44,206 bases of DNA from positions 1 through 44,206 of the forward strand of contig JAUNXD010000001.1 in assembly GCA_030539985.1 (NCBI GenBank), read 5' to 3'. This document shows, piece after piece, positions 31,271 to 41,786 of the stretch. The position numbers and the translations under genes are program-made. Numbering within the stretch: the first letter of the stretch is position 1; each line of letters starts with the position of its first letter. The notes beneath the pieces are model-generated. The model was given only the letters and a program-made list of their open reading frames with translations, did no database searches and was not told the DNA's origin. Origin of the DNA: Methanobrevibacter sp. (lineage in GTDB: Archaea > Methanobacteriota > Methanobacteria > Methanobacteriales > Methanobacteriaceae).

Positions 31271-32965
31271 ATGAGAGGCGGAGAAGCAATAATAGAATCC
31301 CTCAAAAATATGGGGGTAAAGACAATATTTGGTTATCCTGGCGGACAGACCATACCATTCTATGACATGCTCTACGATGCAGACATGGATCATATACTTG
31401 TAAGGCACGAACAGGCTGCTGCCCATGCTGCAGACGGTTATGCAAGGGCATCAGGTAAGGTGGGTGTGTGTCTGGCAACTTCCGGACCTGGAGCAACCAA
31501 TCTTGTAACAGGTATTGGAACAGCATTTATGGATTCTTCTCCAATTGTGGCAATTACAGGTCAGGTTCCCACTCATCTAATCGGAAATGATGCATTCCAG
31601 GAAGCTGACATCATCGGAATTACAATGCCTATTGTAAAGCACAGTTTTCAGCCTAAAAACCCGGATTTAATACCTTCCATGATTAAAACCAGTTTTGAAA
31701 TCGCATCAAGTGGAAGGCCGGGACCGGTTCTGATTGATGTGCCTAAAGAGGTTCAGGAAGGGGAACTGACCAGATTTGACGATACCTTAATCGACACTCC
31801 GGGCTACAATCCGACCATTAAGGGAAATTTAAGACAAATCAAAAAGGCCCGTGACCTTATAAGGCAATCCAAAAGGCCAATGATTCTGGCCGGAGCCGGA
31901 GTCATCATATCAAACGCATGCTGCGAGCTTAAGAAATTGGCCGAAACCATAAACGCACCGGTAATGACTTCACTTTTAGGAAAAGGTGCTTTTGATGAGA
32001 CAAGTGATTTGGCATTGGGAATGCTCGGAATGCACGGAAGAAAGGTTTCAAATGACTATGTAAATGAGGCTGATTTGCTGATTGCAATAGGAATAAGATT
32101 TTCAGACAGAACCACCGGAAGACTGGACAGTTTCGTTCCCGACACCAAAGTCATTCACATTGATATAGACCCTGCAGAGATAGGAAAAAATGTGGATGTT
32201 GACCTGCCGATTGTCGGTGATGCAAGAAATGTTTTAAAATCATTGAATAATCAACTGAAAGATTACAAGGCTTCAGGCGATGTTAATGCATGGACAGACA
32301 ATATAATTAAAATGAAAAATGAATTGTATCCGAGAGTAACTTATGATGATGTTCCTTTAAAACCGCAGACTGTTATTAAGGAAATCTCAGAGGTTTTAAC
32401 TCCCGAATCCATCCTTACAACTGATGTAGGTCAAAACCAGATGTGGGCGGCACACTTTTATGACACCCAAAAGCCACGTAAATTCATCTCTTCAGGTGGT
32501 CTTGGAACAATGGGATTCGGGTTCCCTGCAGCTATAGGAGCTAAAGTGGCCTGTCCGGAAGACCCTGTTGTATCAATCAATGGGGATGGTGGATTTCTGA
32601 TGGTATGTCAGGAATTGGCTACTGTTCGTGAATATGATTTGCCGGTTATAGCAATTGTTCTAGAAAACAGGACATTGGGAATGGTTTATCAATGGCAAAG
32701 TTTATTGTATAATGAAAGACACTCTCAAACTTTACTTGGAAACAGTCCTGACTTTGTCAAGCTTGCAGAAAGTTTCGGTGTTAATGCAGTAAGAATCACC
32801 AAACCTGGAGAGACAAAAGATGCTTTGGCCAGTGCAATTAAAGATAATGAACCAATTTTATTGGATGTTGTAATAGACTCCGAAGAGGCTCTGCCTATGC
32901 TTCCTCCGGGAGCCGGAATAAACGAGATGATTGGTGAGTACAAGCTCGAAAAGGATGTGATTTAG
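31271..32965 (+). CDS. ilvB: Acetolactate synthase large subunit
   Basis: Motifs FGYPGG, RHEQ, TSGPGATN, GMHG, DVGQNQMW and the TPP motif GDGGF. Confidence 0.97.
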   Translation: MRGGEAIIESLKNMGVKTIFGYPGGQTIPFYDMLYDADMDHILVRHEQAAAHAADGYARASGKVGVCLATSGPGATNLVTGIGTAFMDSSPIVAITGQVPTHLIGNDAFQEADIIGITMPIVKHSFQPKNPDLIPSMIKTSFEIASSGRPGPVLIDVPKEVQEGELTRFDDTLIDTPGYNPTIKGNLRQIKKARDLIRQSKRPMILAGAGVIISNACCELKKLAETINAPVMTSLLGKGAFDETSDLALGMLGMHGRKVSNDYVNEADLLIAIGIRFSDRTTGRLDSFVPDTKVIHIDIDPAEIGKNVDVDLPIVGDARNVLKSLNNQLKDYKASGDVNAWTDNIIKMKNELYPRVTYDDVPLKPQTVIKEISEVLTPESILTTDVGQNQMWAAHFYDTQKPRKFISSGGLGTMGFGFPAAIGAKVACPEDPVVSINGDGGFLMVCQELATVREYDLPVIAIVLENRTLGMVYQWQSLLYNERHSQTLLGNSPDFVKLAESFGVNAVRITKPGETKDALASAIKDNEPILLDVVIDSEEALPMLPPGAGINEMIGEYKLEKDVI

Positions 32966-33451
32966 ATGGATGAAAACTATCATGTTATTTCAACACTGGT
33001 TGAGGACAGACCCGGTGTTTTACAGAAGGTTGCTGGTTTATTTAACCGCAGAGGCTTCAACATTGACAGCATAACCGTTGGCCAGTCAGAAGTGGAAGGC
33101 CTTTCCCGTATGGTGATTACTGTTCATGCAGATGAAAAGGGACTTGAACAGGTTACAAAGCAATTAAATAAATTAGTTGACGTTATCAAGATTAAAGATA
33201 TTACTAAAAATGCAGTTAAAAAGGAATTGTGTCTTATTAAAGTCAACATTCCAAATGCAAAGGCAAGAGCTGAAATAATTCAGTATACAAATATTTTCAA
33301 AGCCAAAATTGTAGATGTTACAGATCAGACATTACTGATTGAGCTTACTGGAGATAAGAAGAAAATCAATGCATTTATATCTTTAGTGGAAGGCTATGGC
33401 ATTAGAAAAATAGCCCGTACCGGCCTTACAGCAATGGCAAGGGGATTATAA
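32966..33451 (+). CDS. ilvN: Acetolactate synthase small regulatory subunit
   Basis: ACT domain EDRPGVL...RRGFNIDS, KQLNKLVDV and ARTG. Confidence 0.95.
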   Translation: MDENYHVISTLVEDRPGVLQKVAGLFNRRGFNIDSITVGQSEVEGLSRMVITVHADEKGLEQVTKQLNKLVDVIKIKDITKNAVKKELCLIKVNIPNAKARAEIIQYTNIFKAKIVDVTDQTLLIELTGDKKKINAFISLVEGYGIRKIARTGLTAMARGL

Positions 33452-33453
33452 AT

Positions 33454-33981
33454 ATGACTATATTGGAAAATGTTTTAAAAGATAATAAGAAATTTGTTGA
33501 AAACTTTGAAGGCGAAGAAATGTCTCACCATGCGGCTAAAAAGTTAGCTATCCTAACCTGTATGGACTGCCGACTCATCGACTTTTTCGAACCTGCACTA
33601 GGTCTTGAAAGGGGAGATGCAAAAATCGTCAGAAACGCAGGAAACTCCATTGTAGGGGAAGATGCAATCAGATCAATCGGTGCAGCACTCTATAACTTAG
33701 GCTGTGAAGAGGTTCTTGTTGTAGGACACACCGAATGTGGTATGGCCGGTGCCGATGCAGATGCATTAAAAGAAAAGATGCTCGCCCGTGGCATTGCCGA
33801 AGAGGACATTGCAAAATACGACCTTGCAGAATGGATTGGCGGGTTTGAGGATGAAGAGGAAAACGTTAAGGACGTTGTTTCCAAAATCAAAAACCACCCT
33901 TTAATCCCGGATGTACCTGTACACGGTCTTATAATTGACATTGTAACCGGTGAGTTGAAAGTTTTAGTAGATGGCTATTAG
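33454..33981 (+). CDS. Beta-class carbonic anhydrase (Cab type)
   Basis: Zinc-site motifs CMDCR, RNAGN and HTECG. Confidence 0.93.
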   Translation: MTILENVLKDNKKFVENFEGEEMSHHAAKKLAILTCMDCRLIDFFEPALGLERGDAKIVRNAGNSIVGEDAIRSIGAALYNLGCEEVLVVGHTECGMAGADADALKEKMLARGIAEEDIAKYDLAEWIGGFEDEEENVKDVVSKIKNHPLIPDVPVHGLIIDIVTGELKVLVDGY

Positions 33982-33994
33982 ACCATCTATTTTT
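33966..33994 (+). terminator. Hairpin plus T-run at the end of the carbonic anhydrase gene
   Basis: AGTAGATGG ... CCATCTATT followed by Ts. Confidence 0.5.
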
Positions 33995-34101
33995 CCTATT
34001 TTTTACTATTTTTTAAAATTGAATTAGGTTAGTTTTATTAACATTAACAATCATAATTAATATGTGATATTTTAGATATCTTAATTTTACAAGTGATTAT
34101 T

Positions 34102-35094
34102 ATGAAAATGTATTACGACGATGATGTAAATATAGATGCTCTTGAAGGAAAAACCATAGCCGTTATCGGTTACGGTTCCCAGGGAAGAGCACAATCCAGA
34201 AATATGGCTGACAGTGGAGCTAACGTTATTGTTGGTTTAAGAGAAAATGGTAGCTCCTGGAATGTTGCAAAAGAAGATGGAATGAATGTTAAAACTATTG
34301 AAGATGCTGCAAAAGAGGCTGACATTATCCACATTTTGCTTCCGGATGAAATTCAGGAAAGGGTTTACAACAACCAAATTGCTGAATACGTTGAAGCCGG
34401 AAACACAATTTCATTTTCACACGGTTACAACATCCACTTCGGTTTAATCAAACCTGACGAATCTGTAAACATCGTAATGTTTGCACCAAAAGGACCTGGA
34501 TCCATGGTTAGAAGAACCTTTGAGGAAGGATTTGGTATTCCTGGTTTAGTTGCTGTTGAGCAAGACGCAACCGGTGACGCTTTGCAATTGGCGTTAGGTA
34601 TGGCAAAAGCATGTGGATTGACCAAAGCTGGTGTATTGGAAACCACTTTCAAAGAAGAAACTGAAACTGACCTTTTCGGTGAACAGACCGTTTTATGCGG
34701 AGGTATTACCGAACTCATCAATGCTGGATTCACAACTCTTGTTGAAGCCGGATATCAGCCTGAAATCGCTTACTTTGAAACCTGTCACGAAGTAAAACTC
34801 ATCGTTGACTTGATTTACGAAAAAGGTTTTGCTGGAATGTGGCATGATGTAAGTAACACAGCTGAATTCGGTGGTCTCACCCGTGGTAAGAAAATCATTA
34901 CCGATGAGGCAAGGGAAGGTATGAAAACCACCCTAAAACAGATTCAGGATGGAACCTTCAAGAAAGAATGGGCTGATGAAAACGCAACCGACGGTGCTAA
35001 CCTCAAAGAAATGCGTGCAGCCGAAAGCCAGAAAGAAATTGAAATTGTTGGAGAAAGACTTAGAAAAGCTTGTGGCTTACAAAAAGACGATTAA
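34102..35094 (+). CDS. ilvC: Ketol-acid reductoisomerase
   Basis: Motifs IGYGSQG, LLPDE, HGYNI, APKGPG and [13 protein letters not shown] at 34102 or 34108 preferred over GTG at 34093. Confidence 0.96.
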   Translation: MKMYYDDDVNIDALEGKTIAVIGYGSQGRAQSRNMADSGANVIVGLRENGSSWNVAKEDGMNVKTIEDAAKEADIIHILLPDEIQERVYNNQIAEYVEAGNTISFSHGYNIHFGLIKPDESVNIVMFAPKGPGSMVRRTFEEGFGIPGLVAVEQDATGDALQLALGMAKACGLTKAGVLETTFKEETETDLFGEQTVLCGGITELINAGFTTLVEAGYQPEIAYFETCHEVKLIVDLIYEKGFAGMWHDVSNTAEFGGLTRGKKIITDEAREGMKTTLKQIQDGTFKKEWADENATDGANLKEMRAAESQKEIEIVGERLRKACGLQKDD

Positions 35095-35134
35095 ACACGT
35101 CTTTTTACTTATTTTTTTTATTTTTGTGATTATA

Positions 35135-36139
35135 ATGGTTTTTATTGGAATGGACCATGGAACCACCGGAATCTCTTTTTGTGTAATGTCCGATGAGGGC
35201 GATGTTATCGACGTATTCAAAATAGGAAGGGAGGAAAGCAAAAAAGGTCTTGTTTCTGCTTCACAAGAGCTTGAAAAGCGTGTCGACTTATCTGACGTCA
35301 AGCTGATGGCGATAACATATGCAATGGGTGACGGCATCAGCCAGATACTTCCCGCCGATAAGGTCAATGACCGTGGAATTCTTTCAATCAACGGTGCAGG
35401 CAAGGTTACAGGCGGTGGAACAAGCGTTTTTGATGAGCTTGAAAGTTTAAATATTCCATCAGTCATGATTCCTGGTCTTCATAAGGACTCAGAATCCTTG
35501 GATAAACTGTTCAGGGCAGCTTATTCACACCAGGCAAGTCCCGAAAAGGTAAGCATTTCATACAATGCCTTAATGGAAACAGGATGGTCCAACTTCATTG
35601 TTGCAGACATTTCATCAAACAGCGTGGACATCCTCATTGAGGATTCAAAAATCAAAGGCGCAATGGATGCCTGTCTTGGAGCGATGGGTGTTGTTCACGG
35701 GCCTCTTGATTTGGAAATGCTTCGTGACATTGATGAAAACGGCGCTTCAGCCAACGGATGTTTTTCACATGCCGGTGCAATCAAGATTGCCGGAATAGAT
35801 GGCAAGGTTGCTGATATGAAAAATCAGCTTCTTGAAAACTACCGCAAAGGCGATGAGAAGGCAAAGCTTGCGGTTGATACTTTAATCATGACGGTTGCCA
35901 TGGAGATTGCCGGACTTGATGTGGTATGTGATAATCCGATTGAAGGGATAGTCCTTACAGGCTCAATAGGAAGCATTAAGGATCCTTTCGATTTTGAGCA
36001 TGAGATTGACAAATACTTTAAAGGCAAATATGACCTGAAGGTAATCTCTCATGAATCAGGTGCAATCGGTGCGGCTCAAATAGCGATGGACGTTTATGGT
36101 GGTAGAAAAGAAATATTAGGTATTGAAGTTAATATCTAA
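35135..36139 (+). CDS. Methanogenesis marker protein 12 (UPF0285, ASKHA fold)
   Basis: MVFIGMDHGTTG, YAMGDG, GAGKVTGGGT and YSHQASPEKVSI. The ORF-track start at 34949 overlaps ilvC and is rejected. Confidence 0.85.
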   Translation: MVFIGMDHGTTGISFCVMSDEGDVIDVFKIGREESKKGLVSASQELEKRVDLSDVKLMAITYAMGDGISQILPADKVNDRGILSINGAGKVTGGGTSVFDELESLNIPSVMIPGLHKDSESLDKLFRAAYSHQASPEKVSISYNALMETGWSNFIVADISSNSVDILIEDSKIKGAMDACLGAMGVVHGPLDLEMLRDIDENGASANGCFSHAGAIKIAGIDGKVADMKNQLLENYRKGDEKAKLAVDTLIMTVAMEIAGLDVVCDNPIEGIVLTGSIGSIKDPFDFEHEIDKYFKGKYDLKVISHESGAIGAAQIAMDVYGGRKEILGIEVNI

Positions 36140-36333
36140 TCTTCTTTTAAACTTATGAATATTATGTTTCCGCCTTTTATTGTTTCAAGGCCATTATCAT
36201 TTTCCAGTACAAGATTCAAGTAGTTGTCAATGGCGATTACCTTACCTTCGGTTTGATAATCTCCCCTTAAATCAACGCTTACATATTTATTTTTGAATTG
36301 TGCAAAAAGTTTGTTTACATTATCTTCGCTCAT
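36136..36333 (-). CDS. Sm-like (LSm) RNA-binding protein
   Basis: Sm1 motif VSVDLRG..TEGKVIAIDNYLNLVL and Sm2 motif IKGGNIIFI. Confidence 0.88.
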   Translation of the reverse strand: MSEDNVNKLFAQFKNKYVSVDLRGDYQTEGKVIAIDNYLNLVLENDNGLETIKGGNIIFISLKED

Positions 36334-36409
36334 TATTTCAAATCCTTGAGTTATCTATTCTTATTTTGAAATTTCAACTTTAAATAGTTTGACATTTATA
36401 TTATATATT

Positions 36410-36553
36410 ATGGCAATCAATCAATTAGAAGAAAATTTAGAAGCAATTACTAGAACAATTGAACAGTTAAAAAGAGATGGATGTAAGGACGAAGAGGTAT
36501 TAAACGATCTTCGCCAGCAAAGAGATAAGATACTTAAAGACTTAAACTTATAA
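36410..36553 (+). CDS. Small 47-aa coiled-coil protein (below the ORF-track cutoff)
   Basis: MAINQLEENLEAITRTIEQLKRDGCKDEEVLNDLRQQRDKILKDLNL*. Fills the gap between the LSm gene and surE, with TTTAAATA ~25 nt upstream. Confidence 0.7.
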   Translation: MAINQLEENLEAITRTIEQLKRDGCKDEEVLNDLRQQRDKILKDLNL

Positions 36554-36558
36554 GTTGC

Positions 36559-37332
36559 CTATTCAAGCCATTCACGCAATGAATCGATATTGCCTGTCTG
36601 GTCTATTTTTATCGGTGTTATGGTGGTTTTGCCTTTGGTAAGAGCATAGCCATCGCTTCCGGTACCGTGTTTTTCGTATTGTTCGCCGCCAATCCAGTAG
36701 TATGGCTTTCCACGAGGATCAAGGCGCTTGTCAATCACCGGAAGATACATCCTTTCGCTTAAATGTGCAATTTCAAATTCATCATCTGAAGGATTTTCGG
36801 GAACGTTAACGTTCAGGATGTCAATTCCTTCAGGCAAACCTTTTTTCAGGACTATTTTTGCAAGTTTATTTAGCATTTTTCCCGCAAAGGAAAAGTCAAC
36901 CTGATTTTCACCATTCTCGAATTTTATGTCGTCACGTGTCACTTCCTGTGATATTGCGATTGTCGGAATGCCGAAGCTAGCAGCCTCTATTGCGGCTCCA
37001 AGGGTTCCGGAGGTGGTGAGTTCTGCCTTTCCGATGTTGAATCCGGTGTTTATTCCTGAAATCATGATGTCCGGCTTTTCATCCATTATTTCAAAAAGAG
37101 CCATTGTCACGGCATCTGTTGGAGTTCCTGTAACCCCATATCCTTTGCTTTTATCTTTTAAGATGTGTTCATTAATTCTCAACGGTTCATATAATGTTAA
37201 TGCATGTCCGATTCCACTCTGCTGGAGTTCTGGAGCAACAACATAGGTTTCACATAAGTCTTCAACTGCTTTTTTGGAAGCCAGAATTCCTGAAGCCGTT
37301 ATTCCATCATCATTACTAATCAATGCTTTCAT
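36559..37332 (-). CDS. surE: 5'/3'-nucleotidase SurE
   Basis: Motifs ISNDDG, QSGIGHA, GTPTD, SGINTG, SGTLGAA and NVNVP. Confidence 0.96.
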   Translation of the reverse strand: MKALISNDDGITASGILASKKAVEDLCETYVVAPELQQSGIGHALTLYEPLRINEHILKDKSKGYGVTGTPTDAVTMALFEIMDEKPDIMISGINTGFNIGKAELTTSGTLGAAIEAASFGIPTIAISQEVTRDDIKFENGENQVDFSFAGKMLNKLAKIVLKKGLPEGIDILNVNVPENPSDDEFEIAHLSERMYLPVIDKRLDPRGKPYYWIGGEQYEKHGTGSDGYALTKGKTTITPIKIDQTGNIDSLREWLE

Positions 37333-37386
37333 ATACTTAATTGGTGTGATTGTTTTTAAATAATTTTTGATGCTGTATTGATTCAG

Positions 37387-37503
37387 TTAATTGGTTCGGT
37401 GAGGATGGTTAAGTAACTTTGCTAAGGAGATTTCCTTCATTTTTTGAATAATCATTAAATGTTTTCCAACGTCATAGAATTTTTCAAAATCAATAGTAGA
37501 TAT
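37387..37503 (-). pseudogene. Possible decayed N-terminus of a HEPN-type gene
   Basis: An ATA overlapping the upstream stop is followed by STIDFEKFYDVGKHL, then the frame decays. Confidence 0.3.
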
Positions 37504-37790
37504 TACAATAACTCCACACAAACCAATCCTTTTATGTTTCTTGAAAATTTGGAAATGTATAATGGTTCTTCTTTGAATCTGTTTAAAGTTTCATAGTCCT
37601 TTTCAAAAGATTCTCCTTTAATGTAAATCATGACGAAATCAAGTCTATCAAATTCGGGATCTTTACAAAATTCAATAATTTTTGAGTATTTTGGGAAGTA
37701 ATCATCAATTAGGGGAGTGATTTCTTCAATATAGTCAAGAATTTCGGCATGTTTTTCAATGAATGCCTTTACTTCCTCTTTGTTGTGCAA
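37503..37790 (-). CDS. Hypothetical protein (start uncertain, possibly degraded)
   Basis: 95-aa ORF with IEFCKDPEF. The frame is open a further ~12 codons upstream without an ATG. Confidence 0.55.
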   Translation of the reverse strand: MHNKEEVKAFIEKHAEILDYIEEITPLIDDYFPKYSKIIEFCKDPEFDRLDFVMIYIKGESFEKDYETLNRFKEEPLYISKFSRNIKGLVCVELL

Positions 37791-38023
37791 TGTATAACTG
37801 GATGATAATTTATTGATGAAATATTTTTATATTTGTCATTTAATTTCTTTCAAAAAATTGAATAAAAGTTTTTGGCATGTTTCAAGTGATATGGTTCCAG
37901 TTTTTAATATTTCAATTTTAATTAGGATTATTTTCGATTTAATTTTTTCAGCATACAAAACTTTAATAATAATTTAATTTATAAAATATAATATTATTGT
38001 AAAAAACACATACGGGTGGAAAC

Positions 38024-38935
38024 TTGGAAAAACCACAATTGATTAATTTTATAGCGAAAGTAATGGAGGACTCTGGTTTTAAGGTCTATAAGAATTTTAA
38101 AACCTCGCAAAAAGTCATAGACATATATGCTATTCTGCCAACAACAATCGGGGACTTTGGAGTAGTTGTAGCATGTAAAAATTATGACAAGGAGTTCAGA
38201 ATCGGAGTCGATGTATTGAAGGAAATGGAAGAGGTACAGGCTTCCTTAAAGGCGTCTAAGGTAACTATTGTAACATCAGCCTATTATTCAGAACAGGCAA
38301 AGAATTATGCCCTGAGGAAAAACATAAAGCTGGTTGACAGGGACAATCTGCTTGAAATGGCTAAGAAATATCAGGACAGAACCAACCAGACAACACTTGA
38401 CAATACTCCTTATGACGGTGGCGCATCTGCATATATTGAAGAGGAATATCCTGAATACAACTATGATGCTTCTGATATGGAGTATTTGATGCAGAGAAGG
38501 GAGGCAAATCCATATGTCTATCAAAACACTCTTTACAGGCAGGTCGATGAGCCTCAAACAAGCAGGTTATCATCACTTTTAAACAGGCGCTCCGGCCAGA
38601 AAACCGGAAGCCTTTCTCCCTACACTCAAACCAACCTGTACAATTACGATACAAGAGCCAGCAGTTTCGGACCGGATTCACTGTTTTTCAGACTCATAAA
38701 CAATCCTATCGTTTTAATCATTCTTGTAGTGGCATTTTCATATCTGATTTCATTCATCGCAGGCAGATTGCTTGGAATGGATTCCGGAATGACTGGTCTT
38801 ATTGAAATGTTCGTTGCACTTCTTCTGTCTTACGGTGCATCATTCTACACTGATAGAAATGCGGATTTCATCGTTAAAGGAACATTCATATTCTTCATTT
38901 CATTGGTGATTTTAATCATATTGATTTTCGTTTAA
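38024..38935 (+). CDS. Mrr-like restriction endonuclease-fold protein with C-terminal transmembrane helices
   Basis: GFKV, IDIYA...VVACKNY...IGVDVL, IVTSAYYSEQAKNYA and IKLVDRDNL. About three C-terminal TM segments. Confidence 0.8.
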   Translation: MEKPQLINFIAKVMEDSGFKVYKNFKTSQKVIDIYAILPTTIGDFGVVVACKNYDKEFRIGVDVLKEMEEVQASLKASKVTIVTSAYYSEQAKNYALRKNIKLVDRDNLLEMAKKYQDRTNQTTLDNTPYDGGASAYIEEEYPEYNYDASDMEYLMQRREANPYVYQNTLYRQVDEPQTSRLSSLLNRRSGQKTGSLSPYTQTNLYNYDTRASSFGPDSLFFRLINNPIVLIILVVAFSYLISFIAGRLLGMDSGMTGLIEMFVALLLSYGASFYTDRNADFIVKGTFIFFISLVILIILIFV

Positions 38936-38937
38936 AA

Positions 38938-40011
38938 TTAATCCGTGGCAGAGTCATTCTGCCTGTTTTTTACTTTTTTTTTTTTAATGCATATTGCCAG
39001 ATAAACCAAACCTATGAGGTATAAAAACCAGATCATAATGTCAGTCGGGCCTGTTTCTATCCAGATGATTGTATGTGTCAGGATTATTGAATAGATTCCG
39101 ATTCCAATGCCTTTTTTCACCTTGTCTACAAGTCCAAGAAACGCTCCCATAAAAAGCATCTGGACGGCAAGTCCCGCATATCCGAAATCAAGCATCACCG
39201 GACCGAATAATGTTGAGGTCAGGCAAACGTTGTAGTGAAGGACGTATTCGCCGATGAAAGTTCTCGGGCTTCCGGATGAAAATATCATTGAAAGGATCTT
39301 TCCATGTGTTGTTCCGGCAAGGGGTATTATCTTTTCAAACACCTCAAGGGTGAATCCGGCACGGTAGAAAATAAGCTCCAATGGGTTAAGTGTCCAGTGC
39401 TGGCCTGAAATTGACTGTGAGGCAATGTATCCCACTGCCATAAGGCCGAAAATGATTATCAGAATGAAGATTATCCCGAATTTCTTTGAGATTTTGTCGA
39501 GATAATACAGTGTGATGAATGAGCTTCCCAAAATTCCCAAAACCGAGGTCCGGTATCCGTTAAGGCCAAATACCATGGCTCCAAGAAGAACCAAAATCAG
39601 ATATTTCCTGTCGTAGTATTTTGCAAGAAGGAAATTGACAGTAATTAAAAACAGGGGATAGGCAACTCTCCAGATATTTGTCGTTGCACTTGCCTTTAAT
39701 TCGGAGTTGAAAAGAGGTATCCCTCCAAGCATGACCATGTTAATGGTTTGAAGGACAAGTGCAATTATCACAAGTCCCAAAAGCAGTCTTTCACTTAAAA
39801 AACCGATTTCTGCAGGTTCGATGTCTGTCTTATGTTTTATGATGAGATATCCTATGGCAAACACTATGCATGCAAAAATGATGGTTATGATGACATTTGC
39901 GTTAAGGGGATCTTCAAAGCGGTAGTTGAAAGAGCCGACATATCCCATCGCCAGGAATGCAAGTATCGCTATAACTACAATTGCAGGGTTGAAAAAATCA
40001 TATTTTCTCAT
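38938..40011 (-). CDS. Polytopic membrane protein, oligosaccharide repeat unit polymerase (Wzy-like) family
   Basis: About 10 TM helices, GGIPLF, GYRT and TSTLFGPVMLDFG. ATG at 40011 preferred. Confidence 0.7.
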   Translation of the reverse strand: MRKYDFFNPAIVVIAILAFLAMGYVGSFNYRFEDPLNANVIITIIFACIVFAIGYLIIKHKTDIEPAEIGFLSERLLLGLVIIALVLQTINMVMLGGIPLFNSELKASATTNIWRVAYPLFLITVNFLLAKYYDRKYLILVLLGAMVFGLNGYRTSVLGILGSSFITLYYLDKISKKFGIIFILIIIFGLMAVGYIASQSISGQHWTLNPLELIFYRAGFTLEVFEKIIPLAGTTHGKILSMIFSSGSPRTFIGEYVLHYNVCLTSTLFGPVMLDFGYAGLAVQMLFMGAFLGLVDKVKKGIGIGIYSIILTHTIIWIETGPTDIMIWFLYLIGLVYLAICIKKKKVKNRQNDSATD

Positions 40012-40012
40012 T

Positions 40013-41362
40013 TCAATCACTCAGTTCTTTTGCTGAAATGCAGAGGTTACCCGCAAAGTCAGGCATTGCCGCAACATGGGTGTGGACATAGCTTGCAAGG
40101 GTGTTTTTTTCCATGAAACCGTCCATATTGTTGTATGATCCCTTGCCTCGTGTTATTTTAAACGCTAATTTGTGTTTTAAATCGTTTACGATTACCTTTG
40201 AGTAGTGGAATTCATGGCCATGGAAGACCTCTCCCTTTTTGGAGATGATATTGTCCTCTTTGACTTCGGCAATTGTGTATTTAAGGGCTTGCACACGGTC
40301 GGTTAAAACCGCCTTGTAGGGGTAGATGTCTACAACCCTATCGTCATGTATTGTGTTCATAAGATACATAAGGCCTCCGCATTCGGCAAAGATAGGTCTT
40401 GAGTCGTTGTGGAAGGCTTTGATGTCAGAAAGCATTTGTGTGTTTTCGCTAAGTTCCTTTGAGAAGAGTTCCGGGTATCCTCCTCCGATGTATAAGGCAT
40501 CAACATCCGGCAGGTTTTCATCGCTTAAAGGTGAGAAATACTCGATTTTTGCATTGTTTGCCTCTAGAGATTCAATGTTTTCCTTATAATAGAAGTTGAA
40601 CACTTCATCGTAGGCTACACCGATTTTTACCGGTTGTTTGTTAAGTTTATTCCAGATTGGAATTCTTTCAGAGGTGATTTTCGGAGCTGTTTTTGCTATT
40701 TCAACCAAACGGTCCAAATCTATTGACTCCTTAATGGTTTCAGACCAGATGTCAATGAACTTGATTGAAGTTTCCCTTTCCCTTGCCGGAACAAGGCCCA
40801 AGTGTCTTTGCTCGATTGAAATGTTGTCGTCTCTTATTATTCCTCCGATGACTTCGGTATTGGTAATCTCTTCAATTGATCTTTTGGTTTTCTCATAATG
40901 TGCCTGGTTTTTTACCTTGTTTAGGATTACACCTGCAATGTTAATTTCCGGATCTAAGCTTTTGAAACCTAAGACTAATGCGGCGGCGCTTTTAACAAGG
41001 CTTCTTGAGTTTATGATTAATATTACCGGAGCCTTGAGGGCCTTTGCAACACTAGCAGTACTTCCGATATCATTTATTGAATCGATTCCCTCATAAAGTC
41101 CCCTTACACCTTCGATAACGGCAATGTCTTTACCCTCCATTCCCTTAAGGTATGAGTCTCTGATTTGGCCTTCCTTCATGAAAAAGGAGTCCAGGTTTCT
41201 TGAGGTGTTTTCTGTCGCTAAGGTATGGTATGACGGGTCGATATAGTCCGGTCCGACCTTGAAGGGTTGGACGTTGTATTTTTCGCTTAAGGCTTTCATG
41301 ATTCCGGTGGCGATTGTGGTTTTTCCAACTGCACTTCCGGTTCCTGCTAGTATGATTCTCAT
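40013..41362 (-). CDS. cfbB: Ni-sirohydrochlorin / cobyrinate a,c-diamide synthase (CfbB/CbiA)
   Basis: Motifs [45 protein letters not shown] and HEFHYS. Confidence 0.9.
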   Translation of the reverse strand: MRIILAGTGSAVGKTTIATGIMKALSEKYNVQPFKVGPDYIDPSYHTLATENTSRNLDSFFMKEGQIRDSYLKGMEGKDIAVIEGVRGLYEGIDSINDIGSTASVAKALKAPVILIINSRSLVKSAAALVLGFKSLDPEINIAGVILNKVKNQAHYEKTKRSIEEITNTEVIGGIIRDDNISIEQRHLGLVPARERETSIKFIDIWSETIKESIDLDRLVEIAKTAPKITSERIPIWNKLNKQPVKIGVAYDEVFNFYYKENIESLEANNAKIEYFSPLSDENLPDVDALYIGGGYPELFSKELSENTQMLSDIKAFHNDSRPIFAECGGLMYLMNTIHDDRVVDIYPYKAVLTDRVQALKYTIAEVKEDNIISKKGEVFHGHEFHYSKVIVNDLKHKLAFKITRGKGSYNNMDGFMEKNTLASYVHTHVAAMPDFAGNLCISAKELSD

Positions 41363-41786
41363 ATATAATAATTATATACGATATTTTATTAACTTATTGA
41401 TTTGAAATTATATTTTTCTACCTTTTTGTGGAAATGTTGCCAGATTTTTGTTTTTAATTAAATTTGTGCATATTTTAAATATGTAACATATTTTATATAT
41501 TGTCAAAAATTATTTCCAAATAATGGATAAAATTCAATTTAATTCTTTTTTTTAAACGATTTGTAAATTAACAGTATAATATAGTTTTTGATAAATAATC
41601 TATAATTTTTTTTAAATTTTTTTAGTAGTTTATATAATTTAAATTAATTTTTATGAAAAATGTTTATATTTTTTTTCTAAAATATTAAAATCATATAGGA
41701 TACTTTATATATTATGTCGAATTTAAATATAAATGATTAATCTAAGAAATTTTTTTTTAGATTAAATCGAAAAATGAGGTTGCGAA

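Noticed and set aside
34949-35134. N-terminal extension with an apparent TM helix on marker protein 12
   Set aside because: It overlaps ilvC and crosses its T-rich terminator region. The family-like sequence begins at ATG 35135.
38974-38985. T12 homopolymer as a phase-variation switch in the Wzy-like gene
   Set aside because: It lies in the last ~15 codons, encoding a Lys tail after the final TM helix. Slippage would only alter the extreme C-terminus.
41363-41780. Very AT-rich intergenic region as a replication origin
   Set aside because: There are no ORB-like G-string repeats and no adjacent cdc6/orc1. It fits a divergent promoter region for cfbB and the adhesin.
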